Source: Octopus vulgaris (lineage: Eukaryota). From it: a DNA stretch of 64,000 nt. The DNA lies in assembly GCA_951406725.2 (NCBI GenBank), contig OX597825.1:76632001-76696000 (forward strand). Reading direction: 5' to 3'. The translations under genes were made by a program, and so were the position numbers. Below are positions 24,899 to 40,745 of this stretch, one piece after another. Positions within the stretch are counted from its first letter, which is position 1; the number at the start of each line of letters is the position of its first letter. A model generated the notes under the pieces. It was not told the origin of the DNA. It made no database searches and saw nothing but the letters and a program-made list of their open reading frames with translations.

Positions 24899-26584
24899 CC
24901 TGTCTGTCTGTCTGTCTACCTATTATTTCTTAGGTACCATGCGAGAAACATTCGGTCCTTGAATCACTTTAGTAACCTTTTGCTGATTTAAGAAATAAAG
25001 ATATATAGTGATATATTGAATTCTAAATATGCATATATTACACACATACACAAACACACAAACACACACATATTTATATATTTATTTATACATATAATCT
25101 ATATATTCATATATACATATACATACACGTATATTGAAACATGGCCGCGTTCAAGTTGTATCTCTTTTATTAAATTTCCCAGTAACTGGTTTTTTAAATT
25201 GGAACAATATATTTTCGAAGCCCATTAATGTTTGAAGATCTTCTCTGTTCCCTCCCTCCCCCACCACCATGTCAATGACATGATAGTAACAATGGCTTTA
25301 TTTTTTGTCAGGGCGTTTTGCAGTAGGAAGCAAATGCTCATGGTAATACTGTTATAACAATTAAAATCATCATCACTGGATTAGAATGTATCTAACAGTT
25401 ACCTTTTAATTTATTTAACGGTTACCTCACAACTTTAAACTGCAGGACTTTTTATTGTATTTTGCTGTTAAGCTTTTACGATTAATCTCATATTTATATA
25501 ACGATGACCATTGCCAATTCGGCTTTCTAAATGGTTGGAGCTACGGAGGCACACATTTCTTTGAGAGTATCCTTCTTGAGATGGTCCTTTGCGCCTAAAA
25601 TATATAAAGGCTTTTCAACTTTCCTCTCTGCATTGTCAGAAGCTTTCCGCATTTCTCTTTTCGCTTATTGTTCTACTATGCAAGTGCTATCAACAAATGC
25701 TTTTCCTCTCTGCAATTGTTAGAAGCCTTCTTCATTTCCTTTTTCATTTATCGTTCTACTATGCTTGTTCTATCAACAATTTTTTTTTCTTGTATTATGT
25801 ACTTAAGCGTAATGTGCTTCAACGACTCTTTCTTCTTTGTTCACAGTCAACAAACTACGAAAGTGTTGTACATGTGAGTCTGTTGTAAGTTAACAACACT
25901 CATGCGCTGATGCTTACAACGAAATACGTATATTGTATTGGGTGTCTTAAATACATGTTTGTGGCTTGCAAGCATTTATGGCTTCCTTTTAATAACAAGC
26001 TTTCTTTCAATATCATGCTTTTGTAATTTTACATTATATTAATGAGCTTGTAGTAAAATGTGTTACACGACGCGTTGTTTTACGAGTTTTTATGACATAT
26101 TTATGCATTATTCGACTAGATAGGAGTTCGTTGATATTATATGTATGGTTTGTGTATTTTTATTGGATGATGTTTTTCATATATCTATGTATTAACATAC
26201 TGATATAGAATGTATGAAAGAAACTGAAAATTTCCAGAATGTAACTGTTAGTCAATCTTGAATCTGGCAATGATGATTTTAAACAATTACAACATTATTC
26301 CTACGATACTTTGCTAACGACTGCAAAGCGCACCATCACTATTTCACTACTACATTGGTTTCGTTCAAAAGGATGAAGCTGAGAATCTCTTGGAACGGTC
26401 GTGAACTTAAACCCTGTTGGTAAAACTAAACTGCAAGAACTCACAGGTAGAATTGGAAAAAGTTTTGATATAGCATGTTCGAAAGAAAAACATAAACCTC
26501 TATGTAGATAAATGTCTGGGTGTATATACGGGTGGCTGTGCGTTACATGTACATAATAAATGTATTGCATATGTATAAATGTAC

Positions 26585-27085
<501 letters not shown>

Positions 27086-27805
27086 TTCATCCACATGTAC
27101 ATGTGAATCTCATATATTCTCATATATTCTCTTATATGTTTCAGTCCAATGACTGTGGCCATGCTGGAGCACCGACATTGTAATCATCTTTCCACTTTTC
27201 CACCTTTGTCGGTTCGGCTTCTTGCTGAAGAATGGAGTTCGATGCTACTGCCCTCTTTTGAGTTTCTTGCTTAGATATTTGCTCATCCGGGGATCTCGAC
27301 GAGCCAGAGGTCAAGTTCACGGCAGACAGTTGAACAGGTGTGAAGCATATTTGTATGTACGTAAACGTGTGTACATACACATACCCATGCACACGCAATC
27401 ACACGCACATGCAAACACATAATGACACTAATTAGTTCAAATATTTACACGCACATATGCACACACATATACATACATAAGTATATATATATATATATAT
27501 ATATATAAATCCGTGCTTTCTTTATTCTTTTTACGTATTTTTTTTCGAGTAACATCGTCCGTTTTTCCGTCACCGTGTTGTATACTTTCGAGGTTTTCTT
27601 CCAAGGAATCTAATGCGATTGGCTTAGATTTCCCTTGGTTGGCTGCCCAGATTGGAGCAATCTCAAGATTAATCAGCCGAAATTGCGAAGATGATCTGGT
27701 TCTTGACTGATGACTGAGAGCTTCGAAAGTCCCGTCTGTGTGTTTTTTTTGCCGTCTTCAAAATGTTTCACGTTCTTGTCCCAGTTTGTGTTTTTTTAAC
27801 GTTTA

Positions 27806-27843
<38 letters not shown>

Positions 27844-27844
<1 letters not shown>

Positions 27845-27888
27845 TAGACCGATGATGGGCAAAGACCCTGTAACATGCGTGTCTCTAG
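27844..27888 (+). ncRNA. Degenerate minimal type I hammerhead-like motif
   Basis: CTAGA CCGATGA TGGG-CAAAGA-CCCT GTAA CATGCGTG TC TCTAG. All three stems form, with two core substitutions. Confidence 0.5.
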
Positions 27889-28068
27889 ATGCAGGCCTAG
27901 CTGTTGGGGGTATTTGTCTCCCCTTCGTGAATATATAAGGACACAGGAAATGTGTCAAGGCCGACAGGAAGCGTCGATGCTTCCTAGGGCTAAACAGCGG
28001 TGAGGTAATTCCCTTACAGGACTGTCACGTTAAGTTGACAGTATACGACCACTCTCTCTCTCTCTCTC

Positions 28069-28140
<72 letters not shown>

Positions 28141-28167
28141 AATATGCACATCTATCTTTCAATCAAC

Positions 28168-28203
<36 letters not shown>

Positions 28204-28398
28204 ATCTATCTGTCTGTTTATCTCTTTGAATAAACATATGCAAATATATACATGCACACGCACACATAGAAGCCAAACACTCATACATATACACTTACAC
28301 ACTCACACACACATATACGGATATATAAAAATACATACAAATACATACGTATGCTTTATATATATATATATATATATATACATATGCGTCTGTGAGGG

Positions 28399-28442
<44 letters not shown>

Positions 28443-28539
28443 CTCACATGCACACCCACACGCACGCATGCACACACACGCACACGCATACACACACACC
28501 TATATGTACACACGCACAAATAATAAAAATAAAAAAAAT

Positions 28540-29223
28540 GTAAGCAACACACATCGAGACCGAACAAACGACCGAACGAAGGAAAGCGTGCAGGCAGAAA
28601 GGCAAGCAGGCTGGCTTGCTGATGGCATACACACGCGCACATAGAGAGAGAGAGAGGGAGAGAGGGAGGGTGAGAGAGAGAGAGAGAGAGGAAGAGGGAG
28701 AGTGGGAGAAAGAGTAGGAGAGAGAGGGAGAGAGAGCAATCGAAACTGAGCGAAAGACCTAAGGAAAGAGGAAGAGATAGAAAAAAGAGAAGGAGAGAAC
28801 TAGAGATAATGAGATAGAGGAAAGCCTCATATATATATATACATATATATATATAACACTTATGTATATAACAGTATAGAATACGACAGCAACAATGCTG
28901 AGAGCAAGAGCAGCAGCAGTAGGAGCAGCAGCAGCAGCAGCGGCAACAACAGCAGCAGCAGTAACAACAACAGCAGCATCAACAACAGGCATTCTAGCGG
29001 AACTACCACGGAGTTAAGAAGACTGTTGTATCTCTGTTGTGTTTACTGTGTCGGGGGGAAAAACATACATACATACACACACACACACACGCACACACTT
29101 ACACACACGCACTTACACACACACACACACTAACACACAGAAACACATACACACAGGACACACACACACACATATATATAATGTACCATTAGATATAATC
29201 TAACTACATATATCTATATATCC

Positions 29224-29255
<32 letters not shown>

Positions 29256-29375
29256 TTATATACATATACAGAGAGGGAAAGAGAGAGAGAGAGTGAGAGT
29301 GAGAAAGAGAGACTGATTGAATGAGAGAGGTAGAGGGAGAGAGATTGTGTGAGAGAAATAATTGCGGTGAGAATC

Positions 29376-29414
<39 letters not shown>

Positions 29415-29506
29415 GTAATAAACTAGTTCTTATTAATTATAATAACACTTAATAATAGGTGTAACAAGACACACACACACATAATATATATACATTCATA
29501 TACTTG

Positions 29507-29546
<40 letters not shown>

Positions 29547-29746
29547 TGTATGTTATATATACACCCAGTATGTACAAGATGATCTAATGTCAAATAACAA
29601 GGGGAGAAAATAATTACACATACACACGCACACATATACACACCCATAATTACCAACGGAGAAAAAAGGCAATTATAAGAAAATTTTCTCTGTTTCTCAG
29701 CCCCTCCGTCACCCCACCCGAAAAGGGAAGAAAAGGTACCCGGATT

Positions 29747-29787
<41 letters not shown>

Positions 29788-30166
29788 TTGTGTGGGGAAA
29801 GGTTAACAACGCGACGACGATATGAGTATAAACAAACTGTAGTGGATTGAACTACATATACGAACAACAAGACCAGTTTCAACAACAATAATAATAACAA
29901 CAGTCAAAGGACGAAGAAAGGAAATCTCTAAAGAAAAAAAAAAAACAGATAAAAACCGAAATAAAATAAAGGAAGACGAAATCTCAAAATACATCCCTGG
30001 AAAAAACAAAAAAAAAAGCCAAAACAAAACCAACTAACAGAAAACACAATAACCAACGAAAACCTGTGGCCAGCCTACTAAGAAAGCCAGCAAAGCTAGA
30101 ATTGTGTGTGGAAGAAGGCAATGTGTAAACCTGTATTATACATCAATATCATCTTTATTCACAAGC
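28540..30166 (+). promoter_or_regulatory. Probable promoter and long 5' UTR of the gene starting at 30167
   Basis: Region with no recognisable TEs, containing GA runs, CAG runs and an A-rich leader just before a signal-peptide exon. Inferred. Confidence 0.35.
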
Positions 30167-30212
30167 ATGATCCTTCGCTGTCTAGTCATTCTGATTATAT
30201 CCCTACAAAGCG
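30167..30212 (+). CDS. Probable first coding exon of a secreted or membrane protein (signal peptide MILRCLVILIISLQS)
   Basis: AGCATG start context with A at -3. Basic residue followed by a hydrophobic core. Consensus donor G|GTAAGT at 30213, phase 1. Confidence 0.6.
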
Positions 30213-30343
30213 GTAAGTAACCTCATATTTATATATATATTTACTTATATTCATGTATATATATATGTATATATATACATGCATGGCTAAACACACATAC
30301 ACTCACACACAAATATCTATAAATCTATAAAGAAATTTGTCTG

Positions 30344-30424
<81 letters not shown>

Positions 30425-30508
30425 ATATCTATCAGTCTGTCTGTCTGTCTATGTAGGTATATGTACTTCTTACTTTCACATTCATACATACACAGTTCCG
30501 TATATCAT

Positions 30509-30549
<41 letters not shown>

Positions 30550-30780
30550 TTCTGTATATCATATATATATATATATATACATACATGTTAAGTGAGTGTA
30601 AGTTATCTTAAATCTTAGATATATATATATTTTTATCATATATATCATACTATATACATTAATTTCTACAGTGTCCCTTCTACGTGTGTTTGTGTTTATG
30701 TGTGTGTGTATGTGTGTGTATCTGACACATTCTAGCCTGTAAATACAAACACACACATATATGCGTCTGTGTGCAAAAAT

Positions 30781-30830
<50 letters not shown>

Positions 30831-31695
30831 TTACACACACGCACCTTCTGTTCCTATCTATCTGTCTGTCTGTCTTTCGCTGTCTCTGTCGCACATAAAC
30901 ACACACACACACATATGTATATATTCAGAGACACGCCAACACTACAACGCACGCGTACGTAACACATACACACTGTCACACACGTAAATACACACACACA
31001 TGCACAGACACACACACACACACACACACACTTATATGCATGTGTTTCAATGTAAATCTTACCGTGTGTGCGTATGTGTGTGTGTGTGTACTTGTTTTCG
31101 CTTTCTCGGTCACTGTAGTATTCTCCGACCATATTACATCTAGAGAGAGAAAAATATGCAAAACAACTTTCCATTCTGTCAGACCATCCATCCGTCCGTC
31201 CGTCCGTCCGTCCCTCAACCTATACCCCCGTCTCCCAATCATTCCTATCATCCATTCATCCGTCAATCAATTCCTATCTCCATCCATCCATCCTTCAATC
31301 CATCCAGCCAGCCAGCCAACCAGCTAACCAGCCAGAAATCCATTTACCTCTCCATCCCTGTACCACTCCATCAACCCCTAAATCTTTAAATCCTTCTCTC
31401 CATGCCCCACTTTCTCCATCTGTTGCTCTTGTATAAACCCAAGAGCCCCTTATCTGGACGTTCGACGTCTTTAAACCACCACCAAATCCTATCATTTTTC
31501 TTCCTTGCCTAGTGTACCGATGACTCTGTTATCCAATGTATCATCTGATACGACTGTACGGAGTGATTTGAGGGGAGATTTCGTTGCTATTTCCCGTCGT
31601 TGCAGGACGTATACATCCATTGGTGAATCCATCAGCAATCCAACTAGCCAACCTCTGCTTGTCTGTATTTCTAAATGATCTCTTTCTCCCTCGCT

Positions 31696-31732
<37 letters not shown>

Positions 31733-31816
31733 CTGTGTCTGTCTCTTCTCTCTCTCTTTCCTCACACACGCACAGACACAGGCATACTTGTCTGTGTGTG
31801 TGTGTGTGTGTATGTA

Positions 31817-31857
<41 letters not shown>

Positions 31858-31864
31858 CCCCCCC

Positions 31865-31912
<48 letters not shown>

Positions 31913-32085
31913 CTATATATAAATATGCATGATCTCTGCTTCTCCATGTTTCTTAACAATATGACCGTCCCAGCAATCTTACATATTCTCTTACTCGGTT
32001 TCTTACTGTCTGTCTGTCTGTCTCTGTCTCTCTCTCTCAATCTCTTTTATTCTCTTTCTTTCATGTATTATCCCACTCTGTTTCC

Positions 32086-32153
<68 letters not shown>

Positions 32154-32185
32154 GTCTATCAATCTGTCTGTCTGACTGCTTGTCA

Positions 32186-32259
<74 letters not shown>

Positions 32260-32263
32260 TTTA

Positions 32264-32311
32264 TAGAAGGAGCTTCTACAGGACTAGCTAGTCCTGTAGA
32301 AGCTCCTTCTA
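32264..32311. repeat. Perfect 48-bp palindrome without spacer
   Basis: TAGAAGGAGCTTCTACAGGACTAG|CTAGTCCTGTAGAAGCTCCTTCTA. Confidence 0.97.
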
Positions 32312-32384
32312 AAAATAAATTAATTTACTCTGCTATGTATTGAGTACCTTATTTACTGTGGTTAACCCCGACTCAACCCGGGAC

Positions 32385-32421
<37 letters not shown>

Positions 32422-32933
32422 ATGTGTGTATGTACGTGTCTTTATGTATATGCCTGTACATATGTCAATAGGTATATATACACATACATATATTTATTTG
32501 TACATACACAGAAACGCACGCACACACAGACGCTCTCTCTCTCTCACACACACACATATAAATACAAAACATACATATAACCTCATGTTTTTCATGCGAA
32601 CTCTTCAAGACACGGTACGAACACATTTCTATCAATGTTATATTCGCTCAGCTTCACAACACTCGATATTCTCGTTCAGTCAAAGAGTAAAGCTCATATA
32701 TATATATTGTAGAAAGCTATGCAAAGCTTGTCCACAGTTATTGGCTATCTGGTGTCATCGTGCAATGGAAACGCTTTCAATACTGGTCGTCCATCAGGAA
32801 TGGCACATCTTCTTTAGAGTTTATATAAATAGACAAATGAAAGATGGAATTAAAGACAATCTTTATTTAAAGAATGTCCTTAATTCCGTTTTCTTTCATC
32901 TCTCTCTCTCTATATATATATATACATACGTAC

Positions 32934-32969
<36 letters not shown>

Positions 32970-33542
32970 AAATACATATTACATACATAGATATATGCAT
33001 ACATACATATGTAGATATGCACACACACACATATATATGCATGCACAGACGAAAGCAGACAACAGCATGCATGCAGAACGTGTCAGTCCCTTGTTGCACA
33101 CGCAACCACAAAAACGCGTACACACTTCTATATATATATATATATATAAACATACACATTTACAGAACAACGCATGCACTCACATTTGCCAACAAAGACA
33201 AAATAATTCCAGCACACACCCACGCATATATCCATGTATTCATATACATAATACATACGTACAAACATACATACACACACATACATACATACATACATGC
33301 ATGTATTTATATATGCATATATATAAACACTGAAAAAATTAAATGAAATATGTCCCACGAAGGGAATAAAAGAAAGAAAAATAGAGAGAAAATCATTATA
33401 AACAAATAATAACAACAATAGTGAAAGCAACAAGACCAACAGTAGCAACAACAACAACAACAACAACAACAATAATACATATATGTGACAATAAATACTA
33501 CAGATATTTTATACATAAAGATATATAGGTATATATGTATAC

Positions 33543-33608
<66 letters not shown>

Positions 33609-34258
33609 GTATATATATGTATGTGTGTGTGTGTGTGTGTGTAGAAGCATACATGCAAAACGTATATACATAAAGGATGTATATTTTATATATTCTCATC
33701 CACTGCATATGTCCTGTACACGTGCAATCAGTAACTTGTGTGGGATACTATACATCTATCAGTAAACATACATCGTAGCTCTCTTGCTCACACACACCCA
33801 CACACACACACACACACACAGTTATACAAGCTCAGATGCACAAGGACTGATACATATATATACTTAATTATATACACATTAAGTATGAATGTGTGTTTGT
33901 GTGTGTATGTTCGTGCTTATACACACACACAAATGTATGTATTTGTATGTATATCTGTATATATGTAAATATGCATGTATGTATATATGTATGTATGTAC
34001 CTATGTATTTATCTTTCTCTCTTTCTCTCTCTCAGTACACACACACACACACACATATACACGACGTGTGAGACGAAATTTCGAAGTTACTCTCAACCAC
34101 TTCCCTGTATGATTTCAATAATATTAAAAACAACAACAATAATAATAATGATAAAAATTGTAATAAAAATATTGTAAATATACATATAGCTTTATATGTC
34201 TTATACAGATTAGCTGCATGCGTATGTCAAATTACACACTGATACACACACACGCGCA

Positions 34259-34297
<39 letters not shown>

Positions 34298-34474
34298 GCA
34301 CACATATATATATACACACACACACACACATACATGCATGTTGTATAGTTAATCACGCATCAAACGGCCGAGCGCAGCCGCCGCCTCACTTGGCAGTTTG
34401 AATGCCTGTGACCAGTTGTGATTGAAATTGAAATTACAATATGAAAGGCACGTATATGTACACACACACACACA

Positions 34475-34518
<44 letters not shown>

Positions 34519-34857
34519 CTCTCTCACACACACACACACACATAAATATGCACACAAACACATACATGCACATATAGAATGATATACAAACACATGAACA
34601 CAGAAACAAGCACAAATATACGCATAAAATGACATATATAGAATGCTGTAAGTTACAGGAATGTCACACTTCGTGTGCGAGAGACAGGCTTTGTGTATGT
34701 ATGTGTGTATGAATGTATATATACATATATATATGAATTTTTGTCTGTTTCCTGCTTCTTTGATATCCCCCACCACACACACACACGGAAACGAATTTTG
34801 CTTCACATGTAACTGTGTATGCTATAAAAAATATTATGTAAATATTTTATGTTGCAT

Positions 34858-35185
<328 letters not shown>

Positions 35186-35539
35186 TGGTTAGATAACTTG
35201 AAAGACATACATATATATGTACATTCATACATATGTCCGTACGAGTGTGTTGTCCTTTATACATACATATATACACTCACCCTCGCACACACACACACGC
35301 ATATAGACATGTGTGTGCGAATATACATACATATATATACACACAAACACACACACATATGGACGTGTGGCTGATTATCTTCATGCGTGTGTATATATAT
35401 ATGTGTGTGTGTATATGGGTGTATGTATAAGATGACGTTATTGTATTATTTCATAAACATGGACAAAACTAAGTGCATTTCATGCGTACGTTGTATCATC
35501 ATACCGACGTGTATATGCATACAGACGTCTCGCTCTTAA

Positions 35540-35601
<62 letters not shown>

Positions 35602-35831
35602 GTGATTACGATCCCTAATGATCAACTTTTTTTCCTGTCCCCTTTTTTTTCCCCTTTCCCCCACTTTTAAAAAAAAAAATCCTCCCCCTTTTTTTGTCCT
35701 CTTTCTTTCCTTTTACGATCCCTTTTGATCGAAAACCAAGCCCCTTTTTTTTACCCCCAAAAGAAAAGCTCTACCTTGTAATTTGTTCTGTCTGTGTGCA
35801 GCCCTGTGTGGCTAATAAAGAAACATATCTG

Positions 35832-35926
<95 letters not shown>

Positions 35927-36205
35927 GTCTATCTACATTGTATTTCGTCCATTTTTATTCTGTGTTTAGCCCTGTGTGGCCACAATAAAAAGTTATCTAT
36001 CTACATATCTGTCTGTCTGTCTGTGTCCGTCTATCCATCTGTCTGTCTGTATGTCTGTAAGCTGGCTGTGTTTTGTGAATCAATCCGCGAATCTCTCCCT
36101 CTCAATCTTTCTCTCTTTTCTCCCTCTTTCTATTTCTCCTTTTCTGTATTTCTCTCTCTTACCCACCCCTCTCTCTTTTCCATCGCTGTCTCTCTTTCCC
36201 CCCGC

Positions 36206-36252
<47 letters not shown>

Positions 36253-36859
36253 GCGCGCCCGTGTGTGTGTGATTACGATCCCTATTGATCAACTTTTTTT
36301 TCCTCTCCCCTTTCCCCCCCATTTTTAAAAAAAATCCTCCCCTTTTTATATGTGTGTGTGTGTGTATACGTATAAAATCATAAATATGTCTGTCTACCAA
36401 TCAATTCCTTTATCCCTCAGTCTCTCTCTTTCCCTCTCTCTCTCAATCCCTCCATCTTTCTCTTGGATTATCATCTACATATCGTTCAAATTGCTTATCA
36501 TATTCATTTATATATCTAACTTTTAAACACAATCACAGTTAGACATACGTACACACACGCAACTTCCATAAGTTGCGCATACCCTAGACATGCATCGGAG
36601 ACACACACACACGTAGATTCATGTATATGTGTGTATATATGTCTTCTATGTATCTCTTGTGTGTGCACATATATGTATGTATATATATGTATATATGTAT
36701 CTATATATATGCGTGCAGATATGTACGTGTGTGTATGAGTTATCTAGTCCCCATTGTCAGCTCGTGGATTGTTATATAAACGATACAAATCAGTGTAAAT
36801 GAATTTTAGTTCTTATTTACTGACCACAGATACGCGCGTGCGTGTGTGTGCGTGTGTGT

Positions 36860-36916
<57 letters not shown>

Positions 36917-37415
36917 GTAAACAAAGTGATTACATCACGCGTCGTCTTTCTCGAGTGCAGAAACATTCGGATCGATGTGACTGGTTTCTAGCCATCTTAA
37001 ACTTTCATCAGAGGCAGCTTATCTATCTTACCTTTAATCGACCGAAATATTATCATTAAAAAAAAACTATCTTTTGTAAACAAAAACAACAACAAAAAAA
37101 CCCCAACTAGAACTGATGTAAATTGTCCCATGCTATGCACTCACGGCACGGTTTCATTAATTATCCATTCTTTAATTGCGTAATAGACTGATAGTTTTTT
37201 TCTCTTTTATTTTGCTGATCATTCATAAAGCAAGGTGTACCATCTTTTATACCAATATAATGTTAGCCTCTACATGAAAGATAAACAAGAAGTTACGCCA
37301 CAAGTTTTATCTTCTGTGGAGAGGGTGGCAAAACGCGATACCGTTCTTTCTGGTTTCTAGTCTACTTAAAGCTTCATCAGGGAAAGACTGTCTACTTAGA
37401 AACTACTGTTAGCAT

Positions 37416-37458
<43 letters not shown>

Positions 37459-37751
37459 CATGTACACATACATATACATATAATATATATGTATACACAC
37501 AGACACAGACACACACATATATATATATATGATATATATGTATATGTATGTATATATAAATATATATACATGTATATATATATATATATTATGTGTATGT
37601 ATATATATATATATATATGCATATTTACGTAATTGTATGTATGTATACGTGTGACTGTATATATGTGCGCGTGTGTTTCGTTATAATCTTGTCAATATAA
37701 ACCGGACGTAATAAAAAATAGCGACGTTTTGTGATGTCACACGTTAAATTT

Positions 37752-37809
<58 letters not shown>

Positions 37810-38266
37810 AGCGAGATAATGTAAAGCAATCACCGTCTTAGTAGTACTGGAAATAACGGTCAGCCATTGGAGGAACGGTAATTACAGTAGGCATCATGAC
37901 CATCACTATCAATAAAACTGTCATGACAATTATCACGACGACCACCACGGCCACTACCACCAGTACTACCCCCAAAAGCACAACCACCGCTGCTACCTCC
38001 CCCCACCACGAACACCGCTCCAATCTTCACCATCACTAGCAACATAAACTCCAGTGATCAAGTCTTGCTAGAAACAGCAGTCAAACCTCGCTTCATTCAC
38101 TATTTATAGTTTTAAGCAGAGACAGACAAGCTGGATAAGGAAATGGCAACAATTTATTTAAAGGCAAAAAAACGGTTGGAATCTCTTTTAAAAGAGGTAA
38201 ATTCGATTATTACTAATCTGGAGCTAAATTACAAGATCGGAGAGTAAGGTAATACAGGTGTGTATA

Positions 38267-38330
<64 letters not shown>

Positions 38331-38454
38331 TGTACATGTACACACATACGTGCGTGTATACACATACATACGCACATACATGCGTCGCTGTTTTTGTAGG
38401 TATGCGGGCTTTTAGTGCGAGACATGTAATCCCGCACGGTGGCGCGCGTGCGAG

Positions 38455-38494
<40 letters not shown>

Positions 38495-38763
38495 GAAGAT
38501 GTTTGATAAGATTGGCCAACTTGCGATCAGTAAAGATAAGGAAAATGATATTGATGATGATGGCGATGGAGATAATGATGATGATGATGATGATGATGGA
38601 ATTGATGATGATGGAGATGATGATGGAGATGATGATGGTGATGCTGATCATGATGATAGTGACAATCATGTCGACAACGACGAGGATGATGACGATAACA
38701 AAAATGCTGATATTGGTTACGATAACAATTTTGCTTTTGTTTATCGGTCTGTCTGTCTGTCTG

Positions 38764-38842
<79 letters not shown>

Positions 38843-39150
38843 ACACATGTATATACACATATTTGTACATATATACAAACGTGTATGTGTATGTACGTAT
38901 ATTTTTAAATATATTTTCGTATATATATACATATTTATGCGTGTATATACGCGTATATACTCATGTAATCTCAAGTAATGGGTGCACGTGTTCTTTAGAT
39001 CATATTTCAATTAATCAAAACATGAAATTGAAGCTGTGTGAAGTGCTCAATGAAATATTTCAGGATCATGTCCAGAGTCTAGAGATAGGACAGAGATGAG
39101 AAATGGCAATTATTACATCAAAATCATGTGGCAAATAACACACACACATT

Positions 39151-39197
<47 letters not shown>

Positions 39198-39308
39198 GTC
39201 TGTCTGTCTGTCTGTCTGTCTGTGTGCCTGCCTGCCTGCCCGCCCGCCCGTCCGTCCGTCCGTCCGTCCGTCTGTCTGTTTGCCTGCCTGCCTGTCTGTC
39301 TGTCTGAC

Positions 39309-39348
<40 letters not shown>

Positions 39349-40097
39349 CATCCGTCTGTCTGTCTGTCTGTCTGTCTATAAATATAAAGGTTTTTGTTAT
39401 TATTGTTTGGCCTGAAATCCCACTTTGATTCGGCCAGACCTCCCCTCATTCTTTGCATTCCAAGTATAACCATTCTGACCTTTAGTCAAAACCTAGAGTG
39501 GACTATATATATATATATATATATATATAAACACTACATTTTATCCGATATGTAATAGCTATGAATGTCGGAAGCAGAGGAGGAGGGCTGATTACGAACA
39601 ACTGAAATGAGTGGTGAATGACAGAAGGAAACAGGAAAAAATATGCCTCAGGCTGGCGAATATACTGGGAAGGAAAATGTTATGTGTAGAGGGCGCTACT
39701 GTTGCATCGACTGTGTGCCTGGCCAGTTACTTGTTGTCCTAACAGCAGCAACAACTGCAGGAGTAACAGCTGTAGCAGTCAGAACAGCAGCAGCAGCAGC
39801 ATGGGTAGGAGTAGAAGTGGTGGCAGTAGTAGAAGTAACGTAGTATTTGTGGTCGTAATGGTGACAAGAATATTATTTTTTGCTCTTGTTGTTGTAGAGG
39901 TTCTTGTAATTATTGTTGTTACAGTTGTTTAATCTGAACGATAACCCTAGCCCCCACCCAAATGGAGTATTAGGCCCAAGATCAACGGTATTATCAACCG
40001 CGATCATTTTGTCAGTATTTCTTTCTTTTTGTTGTTGTTGTTGTCTTTGCTGTATCTTTGATTGTATTCCTGTTGTGTCCTTCGGTAAAGACGTTAC

Positions 40098-40325
40098 TTA
40101 TTTCTTTATTGCCCACACGGGCCAAACATAGAGAGGGCACACAAGGACAGATAAACGGATTAAGTCGATTATATCGACCCCAGTGCGTAACTGGTACTTA
40201 TTTAATCGACCCCGAAAGGATGAAAGGCAAAGTTGACCTCGGCGGAATTTGAACTCAGAACGTTACGGCAGACGAAATACCGCTAATCATTTCACCCAGT
40301 GTGCTAACGTTTCTGCCAGCTCGCG
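40098..40325 (-). mobile_element. SINE family A (long-tail form)
   Basis: Collinear with 94-320. Confidence 0.9.
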
Positions 40326-40745
40326 ACGATACTGTGTGATAAAAGAAAACTTGGCTGCTATTTTTAGCAACCATCTAAAAGGCTCCGTCGTTGTGTTTCT
40401 TACACCAAAACAAGTATTTTCTCCTCATACTTCAGCCAAAAGTCATCGACCTCTCTGGCCCGACTTACTTGTTGTTCTATCCCTAAACTATCCCCAAACG
40501 CCTTCGGTTCTTTTTGGCCAGTCATTAAACGGTCAGACAAAATTCTTTGGTGGTATTTGATCCAATTCTCGACGTTCCGGTTTCAAATTCGGCCGATATC
40601 AAATTCGTCTTTTCATCCTTCCGTATGAGGGGGTTCCATGTAATCGATGAACCCCTCAACCCCCACCGTTTCCCATCAAATTACAGGACCTCTGCGTTTG
40701 TTAGAAACCAGCCTTATGGACAGTAGATTGGAATCGCCTTTAAAA

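Noticed and set aside
25300-26510. Possible exon or transposase in an AT-rich unique block
   Set aside because: No recognisable motif or consistent frame found.
38439-39099. Acidic poly-D or poly-M protein
   Set aside because: Degenerate (GAT)n tract joined to dinucleotide repeats.
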